A program made the position numbers and the translations under genes. A stretch of DNA of 64,000 bases, taken from a virus. The DNA lies in IMG/VR virus record IMGVR_UViG_3300023181_000028, positions 1 through 64,000 of that record; one strand, 5' to 3'. Below are positions 26,813-37,185 of this stretch, piece after piece (position 1 is the first letter of the stretch; each line of letters starts with the position of its first letter). The notes under the pieces are model-generated. The model did no database searches. It saw only the letters and a program-made list of their open reading frames with translations, and had not been told where the DNA came from.

Positions 26813-28291
26813 TTATTTTATTAACCAATTAGAATTATTTGAATATACAGTGATTGAGGCGTATAAAGTGCTAACTACTGCGGTTAATCCGCCGTCAATA
26901 GTTTGTGATGACGTTGTATTTACTGTAGGCGTACCGCCGTTGTTTTTAAAAGTGTATTCATTAGTATTACCTACCGCAGTTGGTAGCGTCACAGTTAAAT
27001 TGGCAGTGCATTCATAATAATAATCAGTATTAGCAGCAGAGCCAGCGGCAGTATTTGTGGATATTGTATTAATAGACCTTGAGAATACAGCCACAGGCTG
27101 CCACGACCCCAATCCTACACCATTTGTAGTAAGAACATATCCATTTGATTGAGTTCCATCTACAATCTTGATCTTACCGTTAAGCGTCAACACTTGATTT
27201 AAAGGATTAGCGTCGAATATACCATATAGCAATGATCCCGTTTTATCTCCGGCTGTATTAACCCTATCCTGATTGTTTAAGTAAAATACATTACTATCAG
27301 TAGTGGAATATAATCCAGAATAAGCTCCTAAGAATACATTTCCAGAGCCAGTAGTGTTATTTCCACCTGAAAATATTCCTAACGCAGAGGAAAAGCTTCC
27401 CGTAGAATTTTGAGATAAACTAGCATTGCCCATTGCTGTATTTGAACTTCCTACGTTTTGAGCGTAAAGAGAATAAGCTCCAATGGCAGTATTAAAACTA
27501 GAATTTCCTCCCATTTCCATAGACCTAAGCCCAATAGCCACGTTTTCCGATCCTGTTATGTTAGAAGAGGCTAAAGCAGCCTTCCCAATAGATACGTTAC
27601 CTGTAGCACTAGTCATTGAGAATCCAGAGCCATCCCCAATAGCCACATTATTACCGCCAGAAGTTAAACTACCTAATGCGATATACCCTAAAGCCATATT
27701 AGAGCTTCCTGTAGCGAATTTTAAGGCTCCACTACCCAAAGCAACATTCGCTACCCCGGTGGAATTAGTGATAAGAGCATCAAGCCCTATTGCCACATTT
27801 AATGTACTATTCCCCCCGCCGTTAACAATTAATTGTTGGCTATTGAAATTAATAGTTTGATTTGCTCCTGTATATGGAATATAACCTGCTAATGCTGCGG
27901 ATGTAATATACCCCGCCCCATTAGTTAGTTGATTGTTATTGCTTATTATAGTGGCTAAAGAGCCGTTTCCTAATATATATTGACTTGATGTTCCTTGCCA
28001 AGCGAATGCTAAGGTTCCAGAGGTTGTTACAGGGCCACCGGTTACCGCTAATGCTCCACTTATAGTAGCATTAATACTTGTTACAGTTCCGGTTCCGCCA
28101 CCACCGCCTCCAAAATAGGGTAATGAAGACCACGGATTAACACCGTCACCAAATTTAAGTCCCTTAAGGTCTAATTCATATCCAGGTTCGCCTTGCGCTA
28201 ATATTGGATTCTGAAATAGCCATTGAGCAGAGGTTTTCCTTTTAATCTGAATGACAACATCCTTGAAATTACCATCGTGACCTTTTCCCAT
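26813..28291 (-). CDS. tail fibre with Mtd/hyaluronidase-type N-terminal domain and YadA-like NxAxG repeats
   Basis: W...NPILAQGEPGYE...K.GDG..W..LPY; repeated NVAIG/NTAIG units. Confidence 0.85.
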   Translation of the reverse strand: MGKGHDGNFKDVVIQIKRKTSAQWLFQNPILAQGEPGYELDLKGLKFGDGVNPWSSLPYFGGGGGGTGTVTSINATISGALAVTGGPVTTSGTLAFAWQGTSSQYILGNGSLATIISNNNQLTNGAGYITSAALAGYIPYTGANQTINFNSQQLIVNGGGNSTLNVAIGLDALITNSTGVANVALGSGALKFATGSSNMALGYIALGSLTSGGNNVAIGDGSGFSMTSATGNVSIGKAALASSNITGSENVAIGLRSMEMGGNSSFNTAIGAYSLYAQNVGSSNTAMGNASLSQNSTGSFSSALGIFSGGNNTTGSGNVFLGAYSGLYSTTDSNVFYLNNQDRVNTAGDKTGSLLYGIFDANPLNQVLTLNGKIKIVDGTQSNGYVLTTNGVGLGSWQPVAVFSRSINTISTNTAAGSAANTDYYYECTANLTVTLPTAVGNTNEYTFKNNGGTPTVNTTSSQTIDGGLTAVVSTLYASITVYSNNSNWLIK

Positions 28292-28602
28292 TATGGATTA
28301 CCGTCTATTCCGTTAATAATTATTTCTTCTTCTGGTGGCATAAAGTTAGAATTTATATACCTCTTAATTAATGTAGGTGCAGGACATACATAAATAGGAT
28401 CTATGTTGTTTCCCGATGAGTCAAAGTTGTTATTGTAAAACCTCTCTAAAGCATCAATTTGACCCGTTAAAATGATAAGTTTATTCTCTTTACATCCCAA
28501 CATCTCTCCTCCCTTTTCGAGGGTTATAAACTTAGCAGCCAGCTTTAAAGCAAGTTCCTTTTTATCAGATATATCTTTTAATATTTTATTTGCACTTGTC
28601 AT
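28291..28602 (-). CDS. structural hypothetical protein
   Basis: coupled within tail operon. Confidence 0.7.
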   Translation of the reverse strand: MTSANKILKDISDKKELALKLAAKFITLEKGGEMLGCKENKLIILTGQIDALERFYNNNFDSSGNNIDPIYVCPAPTLIKRYINSNFMPPEEEIIINGIDGNP

Positions 28603-29286
28603 TTAACATCCGCAACCACAGTCGCATAAAGATTTAGCCTTGTTTATAAATAAATTAGCTTTTACATAATCCTCATATTTCACTGCGGATTCAGCAATAG
28701 AAAGATAGGATTGTGATAAGATAGCCTTATTAGCTTCTTTACTATCGCATTCGCAATCAATCTCAACCTTATTGAATATCTCATCCATACAGCATTGAGT
28801 TGCAAGTTTTTGCAATATCATATCCGTAGTACTTAAATCGAACGCGGTGGGAGTTCCACTCACTGAGGTGCTACCCGTAATGTTATAAATAACACCATAA
28901 GCTCCGTCAACTAGCGAAGGAAGATTATAGACCTGAGAAGACCCATACGTATAGCTATTTAACAACATAAAGCCATTTAGAGGGAATGTTGTGGAGTTTA
29001 GCTGAGATAGTATAGTTTGAGCGCCAAGCCCGTTAAAATTGATTGTAGCGGCTGTAATAGTGCCATTAAGAATAGTAAAGGTATATACCGCAGAAACTTG
29101 TAATTGAGTGTAATTAACAGTTAAAACAAGACCTGTAACATCGTTTATTGCCACCCCATTAGGTGATCCATAACCAAAAGGCGCTGAAACAACATTGTAA
29201 GTCGGAGTGATATCAGTAATGTATAAAGTATCGAAAGCATTATTAAGTGCTAAGTCAACTTCTAAGTCTAATTGTGTTACTGGCAT
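28603..29286 (-). CDS. tail hub-like structural protein, paralogue A
   Basis: C-terminal CDCGCGC; similar to 29366-30070. Confidence 0.7.
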   Translation of the reverse strand: MPVTQLDLEVDLALNNAFDTLYITDITPTYNVVSAPFGYGSPNGVAINDVTGLVLTVNYTQLQVSAVYTFTILNGTITAATINFNGLGAQTILSQLNSTTFPLNGFMLLNSYTYGSSQVYNLPSLVDGAYGVIYNITGSTSVSGTPTAFDLSTTDMILQKLATQCCMDEIFNKVEIDCECDSKEANKAILSQSYLSIAESAVKYEDYVKANLFINKAKSLCDCGCGC

Positions 29287-29302
29287 TATGCTGATTTTGG
29301 AA

Positions 29303-29310
29303 TAAATGTA
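29303..29310 (-). promoter_or_regulatory. sigmaA-type -7 element TACATTTA
   Basis: same element precedes most structural transcription units. Confidence 0.6.
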
Positions 29311-29337
29311 CGATTTTTTAAAATACAGACGATTTAA

Positions 29338-29366
29338 CGCAACCTTTATATTTTAATTACGTAGAT
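29338..29366 (+). promoter_or_regulatory. ECF-like promoter CGCAAC-N16-CGTAGAT, antisense to structural gene
   Basis: motif copy with no sense gene downstream. Confidence 0.6.
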
Positions 29367-30070
29367 CAGCACCCACAATTACACGCGCATATAGATTTAG
29401 ATTTTTGTAATAATTGGTTGTATAATGTGTAATCCTCTTTCTCCTCTGCGTATTTAGCTATATCCAAATAAGCCTTAGACCTCATAGTTTCTTTTAATTT
29501 CTTGTCATTACACCCGCAATCAATATCCATGTCATAAAAAGACTTATCTATACATGAACTAGATTCACAGTCTCTTATACAGGTATCGTTGACAGTGTAA
29601 TCAAATATAGTTGGAGTGCCATTATCAGAAGCAGAGCCTCTAATCCTATAAGCCACATTATATTGACCGTCAGTTAAAACCGGAAGTGTAATAGTTGTTA
29701 CAGGAAAAGATGAGATATAAGGCCCAACTGTAATAAATGGATTAGAAGATGTTGGCGGGAATGTCAAACTAGGAAGATAAGAAGCGAGGGTAGGCACATT
29801 TATAGCACCTTGCCCGGCAAAATCAACTGCCATAGCCCCTATAACCCCATTAGTTATTAAAAAAGAGAAAACGGCAGTTATCCCCAAATTAACATAAGTG
29901 ATGGTTATAAACATCATAGTTACATCGTTAACCGCAACTCCATTGGGAACCCCGTAACCTAAAGGATTAGACACAGAATTGTAAAGTCCGGTTTCATCAG
30001 TTACTATTAAATGCTTACAATCGTCACTAACGACAATCTTAGTTTTGAGGTTTATTTGAGTTAAGGCCAT
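29366..30070 (-). CDS. tail hub-like structural protein, paralogue B
   Basis: YN.VS.P.GYG.PNGVA.NDVT shared with paralogue A; ends CACNCGC; -7 element at 30078-30085. Confidence 0.7.
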   Translation of the reverse strand: MALTQINLKTKIVVSDDCKHLIVTDETGLYNSVSNPLGYGVPNGVAVNDVTMMFITITYVNLGITAVFSFLITNGVIGAMAVDFAGQGAINVPTLASYLPSLTFPPTSSNPFITVGPYISSFPVTTITLPVLTDGQYNVAYRIRGSASDNGTPTIFDYTVNDTCIRDCESSSCIDKSFYDMDIDCGCNDKKLKETMRSKAYLDIAKYAEEKEDYTLYNQLLQKSKSICACNCGC

Positions 30071-30093
30071 TTTTTTATAAAGATAAGTGTTTT

Positions 30094-33000
30094 TTAATCT
30101 TCCTCGATAAATTCTATTCCGGCTTTAATAGCTTTTGAGTTAGGCAACGCACTAATAATATCTTTACTTCCCTTTTCAACATCTAATTTCATTACATCTT
30201 CCATTACATTTACGAACTTACTTACAGTGGCTTGCGCGGCAACCGGAGATTTAACAAAGAATTTAATATTATCAATGTCAAAGATGAAGAGTAAGTTAGA
30301 AAGGGCTTGGTCAATAGCATCACCCTTTTTTCTCTTATTTTTATCGTCGTCTCCACCAAGCCTCAAAGCCATAAACGCAGCAACCACCATTAAGCCCTTT
30401 AGATTAGACATAGCGTCTTTATTCTTTGTGAATCCCTCTATTCCGTCCTTTTTAATAGCCTCTTTAAGATCAGTGAAGCCTTGCCCTAAGAACGCTCTAT
30501 AAGTACCTCTATGAGTCACACCATTAGCGTCTATGTATTCTTCGCCCATTCTCTGCTTAAATGCATCTGGAACCCATATTTTGAATTGCCCAACCAATTT
30601 ACCGAACTCTCCGGCTTGGTAATTTCTTTTATCGGCCTCTCCATATTTACCTTGAATATCCGACACTGTTTTAATATTGGCAATCGCGCGGCTTTTAATC
30701 CCCTTCTCGTCAGCACCTTCTTTTAACTTAACCTGTCCAGTACTTTCGTTGTACTCAATACTATTAAAATCCTTATCACTCATTAATCCTAAGAATGCTG
30801 AACCTTGTATGTAATACTCACCACCCCTTGTTAATCCATGCGCTAACATTTCAAACAATTTACCTGCGTATAATTTAGGATTAGAATCAAAATCTAAACT
30901 AACTGCATTGTATTTACGGATAATAGCAGCAGCCTTTTTAGGATTCTGTATTAACCGCTTGGTTCCTTTGTATTGCGCCTCAGCACTTTCTTTTCTTATA
31001 GTATTATAAATACCCATTGCTATATTAAACCCACCTGCGCGATATGCAAACGCCATCACATTCAATGAAGTTAACTTGCGGATTATTCTGAAAAACGTGT
31101 CTAATTCTGGCCCTAACGCTCCAACTTTTTCTTTCTTGAAAATATGAAGATCAGTCCATTGTTTTACCCATTCCGCAACATTCTCTTTCTTTTCATGCTC
31201 CTTAAATCCAACTTGATTTAAATACTCTATAGATTGAATGTAAGGCAATAGTTTGCCGATATGTTCTGTATGTGTGTAGTCATCAATGAATGAATGCGCC
31301 GCCTTGTAGAAGTCCTTAGAATAACCCCTGGACTTATCTCTTGGTTTGTTGAATTTACTTTTTAATCTTCCATCTGTAGATAAATTGTACTCAGCTCCAC
31401 CAGTTAAGGCCAAAGGATTTTCTTTCTCATCTACATTAGTTCCGGTTTTAAGTTGCCTTCTCGCGGCCAATTGATATTTAACCATCTGCAACAAAGCCTT
31501 CATCTTATCCAATGCCCCCTTATTACCCTGTTTGATTAAATCTCTCTCAATCTCCCCATAAGACATTACTTTATTACCGTACTTAATCCTTACATTCTGG
31601 ATGTTATGACCATTACCCAAATAAGCACTGAACGCCTGTAAGATGCCTTCCTCTCTAAACGATTCCGCCACTCCCTTATCCACCTTTAACACTTCATTGT
31701 TAAGTTGATCTTCATCCATGCCCTCAAATTGCTTATTTCTAAGATCGTTGAGACCCAACATAAACTTTAAGAATTTAGTTTGCGCGGGAGTGAAGCTCTT
31801 AGCCTTAGCTTCCTCTAAAGTGTAATAACGCCCGTCAGGATGCTCTACAAATTCAAAGTATTTAACTGAACCTGACATTACAAATTCCTTAGCCTTGTCA
31901 GTGATGCCTAGAGATTTATTTTTCTCCTTTATAACTTCCTTGCCGATATTCTCTAATTCTCCTTTGAGTTTATCGCGCTCTTGTTGCATGTCGAAATAAG
32001 TCTCGTCAAATTGTTTGCTGAAAGATTGTAATTCCGGCTGGTTTTGGGTCATATGACCTAAGTTCTTCATAAGAACATCTTTGGCGGATAAGTCAGTTTT
32101 ATTGGCTTGCTCTTCTACATATCCCTTTAACCCTTCCAGTTCCGTTTTACGTTTAACGAACATCCGGTAGCCTATTTGCTGCTTTAATTGATTTAGTTTA
32201 GGTTCTTTCGCGGCATCTGCAAAATCCCCACTCACCATCAGATTATAAGCCTCTAATAACCGCTCATCCGTCATATCTTCTAACCTACCTTCACTTAATA
32301 TAGAAGACAGCATATCCACATCCTCTTTGTATGCAAACCACTTAGAAGCATCTCTTTTGGCCTCCTTGTCGATGTTAGCCTTAAACACCTTTAATTTCTC
32401 TTTTTGCTCCTCAGTATATTTTTCATCCGCCAAAGCGTCTTTAATAAACTGCAAGTCTTTACGAATCTGCTCTAAAGATCTTCCTAATACATTCTCCCTG
32501 TAAGATTCCAATGACATAGTTAATTTCTTAGCTAGGTCTTTCGCGGACATTTCATCCAATGTTTTAAAAGGCTTTTTCTTAGATAATTGCTCTTGTTTAC
32601 TTTCTCCAACCTTATTCCTTGTATTAACGCCTCCTATTATCTGTTTAGCTAAGCTCTTAGCAACGTTCTTGTCTATTCCGAGTAATTGCTTAAGTCGGTT
32701 AAATATGTAGCTTAAAACGGCTTCAAATTTATTCCTGACTGACTCTTTATCAAAGATCAATGAACCTTCCATTCCTATCGCTTCTGCCAACACTTCCTTA
32801 CCCAACATCTCTTCATTCAGCTCAGGGTATCTTTCCTTAACGTCATCCCATAGCGGAGTATCTTTAAGTTGCTTAATCCCCACTTGAATAACTTTATTGT
32901 TATATCCAATAGCATCAATCATAATGTGACCAGCTTCGTGAATAGGCGTGTCAATACCAGCATAATCAGGATTGATTTCGATAGTGTTGCCTATTAATCT

Positions 33001-36000
33001 TCCGGCGAACTTAGCCCCTTCCTTATACACCACTTTAACCTTTGGAAATGATTTTCTAACCCTCTCCACAACTTTCTGTATCTGACCTTTACGATCACTT
33101 GACTTCTGGAATTGTCCGGTTTCCGAAAACGCCTGTTCCCTTGCTTGTTCTTTCTCTAACTCAGCATTCTCTTCCTCTTCTGTAAGTCCGCGATCAGGAT
33201 TGACATTTTCAAGTAAACTCTGATACAAAGGCATAGTATATCGCTCTGACGTTCCGCCAGTGCCGGATAAAAACTTAATATTGCCCGTTTCTTTTACATC
33301 CTCTACAAAGTCCAATAACTTCTGTAATGTTTTACTATCCTTACCCTTCTCAATTTGTTTTAAGGTTGCGGCGTATTCCCGCGCATCCAATCCTACATCC
33401 GGTCTAAATTCTTGATTGCCTTGAATGCCAATATTAAAGACACCTAACTTCCTAAGTTCTTTATACAAATCTTGGGCAGGCATCTTTAAAAGGTCATTAG
33501 AGCGTCTTATAGCCTTGTTTATTGAAGAGTTGTCATATCCCTCTCCGATTAAAGATTCTCTCTCTAATTCGTTTACAGTGACAGTAGCGGGGGCTTTTCT
33601 AACCTTCTCCTCCACTTTAGTTGTAGTTGGACGTTCTTTTACAGGTTCCGGTTTAACCACAGGAGCTTTTACAGGTTCAACTTTAACTTGTGGCTTTTCA
33701 GGCTGCTTAACACCCTCAATTGGTTTAAGTCCTTGTTGCTGCAAAGCCACCATTCTTTTAATCTCATCCGGCGTATAAGCGCTATTACCCTTCTCTTTCT
33801 CCTTTACCGAAACGATGTATTTCCCCGTAGACTTATTATAAACGTTTAGAATACGTAAATTCTCTGTCTTTCTAGGCTTACCATTAGCGTCAACCTTATC
33901 AGCTTTAATAGTCTGTATCTTAACTGTAACAGGCTCTTTAAACTTAGAATACTCTCTACCATCACTATCAGTAGTTGTTTCTTCGCCGCTAGGAAAATTC
34001 TCCCTCTCCCCTGTATATTCATCTCTCTTAACAGATCTTCCAAACTGAACAAATTGTCCTGTTCCGCCAAGATTTAATTGCCATACCTCATTCTGACCAC
34101 CTTCAATAAAAGCATCCATCTCTCCATTAAGATCAGGATTGGCGTCAAAATAATCATGCAATATCTCTTTTCTTTCTAAAGGCTTCTGTTTGTTAAATTC
34201 AAATGTTCCATTATCATCCTTCTGACCAAACTTAGGAGCATTCTTTCTTCTTTCAGATTTCTCCACTACAGTTTCCGTCGGAGTTTCCACTTCCTCAGTA
34301 GTAGTTTTTGTTCCGCCGTATCTCTTTCCTAAATCCTCGATAGTTGATTCTTCTGCTTTCTTTTCTTCGTTCTTAACAACCTTACCGACAGTATCAGGAG
34401 CAACAGTAGTTTCTTTCTTGACATTCTCTTTTAATATAATAGCATCCAGTTCCTTTTGTAGTCCCTTCACTAATTCTTTCTTGCCAGCCACCTTAGCAGC
34501 CTCAATAGGACTCATTTTTTTAATCTCACTCTCATCTGTAGGGATTTCAGATTTAATTCCCTCTATTGTAAAGGATAGGTCAAAAGACTTCTTTCTTTCT
34601 TCGTCTGTTAAATCCAATCCTTTAGTTTGATCGTGATAAACATTGTAAGCGTCTAACTTAAATTTAGCCCTCTCAGCATCTTCGGGAGTCATTTCATCAT
34701 TAGCCACAGAATTATCAATATCAGCCTTTAAAGCTGTGATTGCCTCAGTTCCCTTCTTTACAGTCTCATACGCATTGTTAGATTGCTTCTCCGCGCGATC
34801 AGCTTTTCTTTTCTGACTCACACCAGCTAATGCGGGGCCACCAGCACCTAAAGCACCAGCCAAAGCACTATTAACATATTCCCCAAATGATTCTAAACTA
34901 AAAGGATCTGTTTTAAACTTCTCCTCTCCACTTATCTTATCATAAATATTCTTAGCAGCATTTAAAGCAAAAGATTGCGCGGCTTCCGTTCCTGCTTCGC
35001 CTGCGATATTACCAGCCAATTGACCTGCAAACGTGCTGTTTAATTTAGTTGCGGCAGTCGTTGTGGCGTTGTACAGACCTTCTAATGACTCCTTTGTTAT
35101 CTTACCCTCACTATCTTTTAATAATCCAGCAGCGAGGCTATTAAACATCTCTTTCTTGCCGTTACGGGCTAGTTGGTTCTTAATGAATATCCCCTCAGTA
35201 CCCCCAACCATTTCTAATAGGGCAGTGGGAATAGTGGCAACCGAAGCAAAAGCATATTTATCCCTTCCTTCTAGTCCAGCTTGTTCAGCAGCAGTTAAGG
35301 CTTCATCGTAATTAACCATGTATGAACCCGCAAATCCATTAGCTAATTTACCTGAGTTAGAAGCTCCCGATAAGAATGAAGCGGCCTTACCACCTTCTGA
35401 GATCAATCCGGCACCTTCTGCGCCCGCTCCTAATGTTCTTGTAGCACCCCCAATACCTTTAGCCCCTACAAGGAAAGAGGTGATAGATTCCATCCCCTGT
35501 AATACAGCACCCTGAATATTGTTTTTAGTAAAGTCATATCGAGAAGGGTCAAAGAAATCACTTATCCCTTTTAATTCTTTAGTGTCGAATATTTGTTCAT
35601 TCTCATATTCGGGAGTTTTGAATTTAAGATAGTCAGCACTATTCTTCATAGTCTGGTACCACGGCAATTCTTCTCCTGTAATGGCTCCGTATGCGATTTG
35701 AGGCAAGTTAGCCACCCCTTCGGCGGCACCTATCACCCCATTCACTAAGTGTTTAGCAGCAGACTTAATAAATCCATCGTCATTAGCACTCTCTTGGCTT
35801 CCCCATATACTTGCAACGTCATAACCTTCTGGCGGACGTTCATTATTAGCAATAGGAACAGGCTTTTGAACACCATTTACATCTTTCATGTAGTATTTGG
35901 TTCCGCCGGATTGTTTAGGATGTTGACCTTGTATAGTTAGTATTGCATCAGATATATCTTCAACAGAGGCTCTACCTTGCTTCTGAGCAATAGCAATATT

Positions 36001-36219
36001 CTTAATGATTTGTTTTTCATCGTCGTTTTTAGTGTCAAGTCTGTCTATGATTTCATCTGCTTCCGCCTCTGATCTAATGCCATTAAGGAATGAATAGTCA
36101 GTGCCGCTTGATCTAGTGTCAGCAACAGCCTTAACAGGTTCATTAGGATTAAAAGCAGGTTTATTAGTGCCGGTGTTCACTGGCTTATTAGGATCAAAAG
36201 GCGGTTTGTTTTCAGGCAT
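30094..36219 (-). CDS. giant virion ejection/cargo protein with zincin-like HExxH motif
   Basis: ~2040 aa; TPIHEAGH...EVLAEAIG; start reassigned to ATG 36219 just after TATATTTG (36223-36230). Confidence 0.8.
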   Translation of the reverse strand: MPENKPPFDPNKPVNTGTNKPAFNPNEPVKAVADTRSSGTDYSFLNGIRSEAEADEIIDRLDTKNDDEKQIIKNIAIAQKQGRASVEDISDAILTIQGQHPKQSGGTKYYMKDVNGVQKPVPIANNERPPEGYDVASIWGSQESANDDGFIKSAAKHLVNGVIGAAEGVANLPQIAYGAITGEELPWYQTMKNSADYLKFKTPEYENEQIFDTKELKGISDFFDPSRYDFTKNNIQGAVLQGMESITSFLVGAKGIGGATRTLGAGAEGAGLISEGGKAASFLSGASNSGKLANGFAGSYMVNYDEALTAAEQAGLEGRDKYAFASVATIPTALLEMVGGTEGIFIKNQLARNGKKEMFNSLAAGLLKDSEGKITKESLEGLYNATTTAATKLNSTFAGQLAGNIAGEAGTEAAQSFALNAAKNIYDKISGEEKFKTDPFSLESFGEYVNSALAGALGAGGPALAGVSQKRKADRAEKQSNNAYETVKKGTEAITALKADIDNSVANDEMTPEDAERAKFKLDAYNVYHDQTKGLDLTDEERKKSFDLSFTIEGIKSEIPTDESEIKKMSPIEAAKVAGKKELVKGLQKELDAIILKENVKKETTVAPDTVGKVVKNEEKKAEESTIEDLGKRYGGTKTTTEEVETPTETVVEKSERRKNAPKFGQKDDNGTFEFNKQKPLERKEILHDYFDANPDLNGEMDAFIEGGQNEVWQLNLGGTGQFVQFGRSVKRDEYTGERENFPSGEETTTDSDGREYSKFKEPVTVKIQTIKADKVDANGKPRKTENLRILNVYNKSTGKYIVSVKEKEKGNSAYTPDEIKRMVALQQQGLKPIEGVKQPEKPQVKVEPVKAPVVKPEPVKERPTTTKVEEKVRKAPATVTVNELERESLIGEGYDNSSINKAIRRSNDLLKMPAQDLYKELRKLGVFNIGIQGNQEFRPDVGLDAREYAATLKQIEKGKDSKTLQKLLDFVEDVKETGNIKFLSGTGGTSERYTMPLYQSLLENVNPDRGLTEEEENAELEKEQAREQAFSETGQFQKSSDRKGQIQKVVERVRKSFPKVKVVYKEGAKFAGRLIGNTIEINPDYAGIDTPIHEAGHIMIDAIGYNNKVIQVGIKQLKDTPLWDDVKERYPELNEEMLGKEVLAEAIGMEGSLIFDKESVRNKFEAVLSYIFNRLKQLLGIDKNVAKSLAKQIIGGVNTRNKVGESKQEQLSKKKPFKTLDEMSAKDLAKKLTMSLESYRENVLGRSLEQIRKDLQFIKDALADEKYTEEQKEKLKVFKANIDKEAKRDASKWFAYKEDVDMLSSILSEGRLEDMTDERLLEAYNLMVSGDFADAAKEPKLNQLKQQIGYRMFVKRKTELEGLKGYVEEQANKTDLSAKDVLMKNLGHMTQNQPELQSFSKQFDETYFDMQQERDKLKGELENIGKEVIKEKNKSLGITDKAKEFVMSGSVKYFEFVEHPDGRYYTLEEAKAKSFTPAQTKFLKFMLGLNDLRNKQFEGMDEDQLNNEVLKVDKGVAESFREEGILQAFSAYLGNGHNIQNVRIKYGNKVMSYGEIERDLIKQGNKGALDKMKALLQMVKYQLAARRQLKTGTNVDEKENPLALTGGAEYNLSTDGRLKSKFNKPRDKSRGYSKDFYKAAHSFIDDYTHTEHIGKLLPYIQSIEYLNQVGFKEHEKKENVAEWVKQWTDLHIFKKEKVGALGPELDTFFRIIRKLTSLNVMAFAYRAGGFNIAMGIYNTIRKESAEAQYKGTKRLIQNPKKAAAIIRKYNAVSLDFDSNPKLYAGKLFEMLAHGLTRGGEYYIQGSAFLGLMSDKDFNSIEYNESTGQVKLKEGADEKGIKSRAIANIKTVSDIQGKYGEADKRNYQAGEFGKLVGQFKIWVPDAFKQRMGEEYIDANGVTHRGTYRAFLGQGFTDLKEAIKKDGIEGFTKNKDAMSNLKGLMVVAAFMALRLGGDDDKNKRKKGDAIDQALSNLLFIFDIDNIKFFVKSPVAAQATVSKFVNVMEDVMKLDVEKGSKDIISALPNSKAIKAGIEFIEED

Positions 36220-36266
36220 ACGCAAATATAGCTAATATTGATGTATTTAAATTATTTGCATTTATT

Positions 36267-36295
36267 TGCAACCTTATTAGATTTGTATCGTTAAA
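36267..36295 (+). promoter_or_regulatory. ECF-like promoter TGCAAC-N16-CGTTAAA
   Basis: heads inverted accessory island. Confidence 0.8.
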
Positions 36296-36303
36296 GAGGG
36301 TTA

Positions 36304-36483
36304 ATGACAAGAAAACAAAAATACTACGAATCACTAAACAAGGTTTCAGAAAGTGCGTGGATGAAAGGAGTTCAATACGCTCTTTCGGTGGCAGTAAATC
36401 ATTATAACGTGCCGGAAAGTGTAAGAGAGGGAATTATGCAATTAATTGAAATAGAAAAAAATGAAAAGAGAAATAAAGTTTAG
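36304..36483 (+). CDS. small hypothetical protein (59 aa, MTRKQKYYESL...), not in ORF track
   Basis: read manually; ATG 8 nt after -10 element. Confidence 0.65.
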   Translation: MTRKQKYYESLNKVSESAWMKGVQYALSVAVNHYNVPESVREGIMQLIEIEKNEKRNKV

Positions 36484-36838
36484 AGGCTTAGCATTGCCAT
36501 CAGGAAATTGGGTATTCGGAAGTTTAATTACAGGTAATTACCCCACATTTGAAGGTTCCACTCAAATATACAATGGCGGTGGATTTACGATAGTTGACCC
36601 TAAAACAGTTGGGCAATTTACTGGCAAAGTAGTGAATGGAAAGGATTTATACGAAGACGACATCATTACATGGGAAGAAGAGGACGATGACTATCCTTTA
36701 GCGTGGATTGAATGGGAGCCGGAAGATGGTAAGTTTTGGGTTGAATCTGATGCCCAATGGGGAGGATATTTAAGTGAATTTGAAAACATTAAAGTAGTTG
36801 GAAATATTCATCAACATAAAGGTATGTTAGCGCCATGA
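36461..36838 (+). CDS. YopX-family protein
   Basis: MKREIKFRG...TVGQFTG...LYEDDI...VVGNIHQ. Confidence 0.9.
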   Translation: MKREIKFRGLALPSGNWVFGSLITGNYPTFEGSTQIYNGGGFTIVDPKTVGQFTGKVVNGKDLYEDDIITWEEEDDDYPLAWIEWEPEDGKFWVESDAQWGGYLSEFENIKVVGNIHQHKGMLAP

Positions 36839-37185
36839 AAGATATATTTATACCATTCGAACTAGCTTTATGGGCAAGAGATTTAGGATTTGACGAGCCT
36901 TGCGTTGGCAAATACTCAGGAGGATCTAAAGAACTCAAAGTAGGCGTGATTAATCAGCAAATGGCTACATGGTTATTGGCCCCAACATATCAACAAATAC
37001 TAGATTGGCTAAGAGAACAACATAGTATATTTATTAGTCATTCCCATGCTTCGTGGGGAGAAGATTGGTTTTATTCAGTTGGTAACGGAAACGTAAAATT
37101 ACTTGTCACAGACATTAAAGATTATTACGAAGCATTTGATTCATGTTTAATTAAAGTATTTAAAATAATAGACAAAAATGACTAA
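36835..37185 (+). CDS. conserved Bacteroidota-phage hypothetical protein
   Basis: FELA...LGFDEPC...APTYQQ..DWLRE.H.I. Confidence 0.8.
   Translation: MKDIFIPFELALWARDLGFDEPCVGKYSGGSKELKVGVINQQMATWLLAPTYQQILDWLREQHSIFISHSHASWGEDWFYSVGNGNVKLLVTDIKDYYEAFDSCLIKVFKIIDKND

Noticed and set aside
23875-28291. Diversity-generating retroelement suggested by the Mtd-like N-terminal domain
   Set aside because: No reverse transcriptase or template/variable repeat pair seen; that domain is a generic fibre anchor
30265-30900. FDID and DFDS in the giant protein as an RNAP catalytic motif
   Set aside because: Neither gives three Asp in DxDxD, and both lie in the helical C-terminal region
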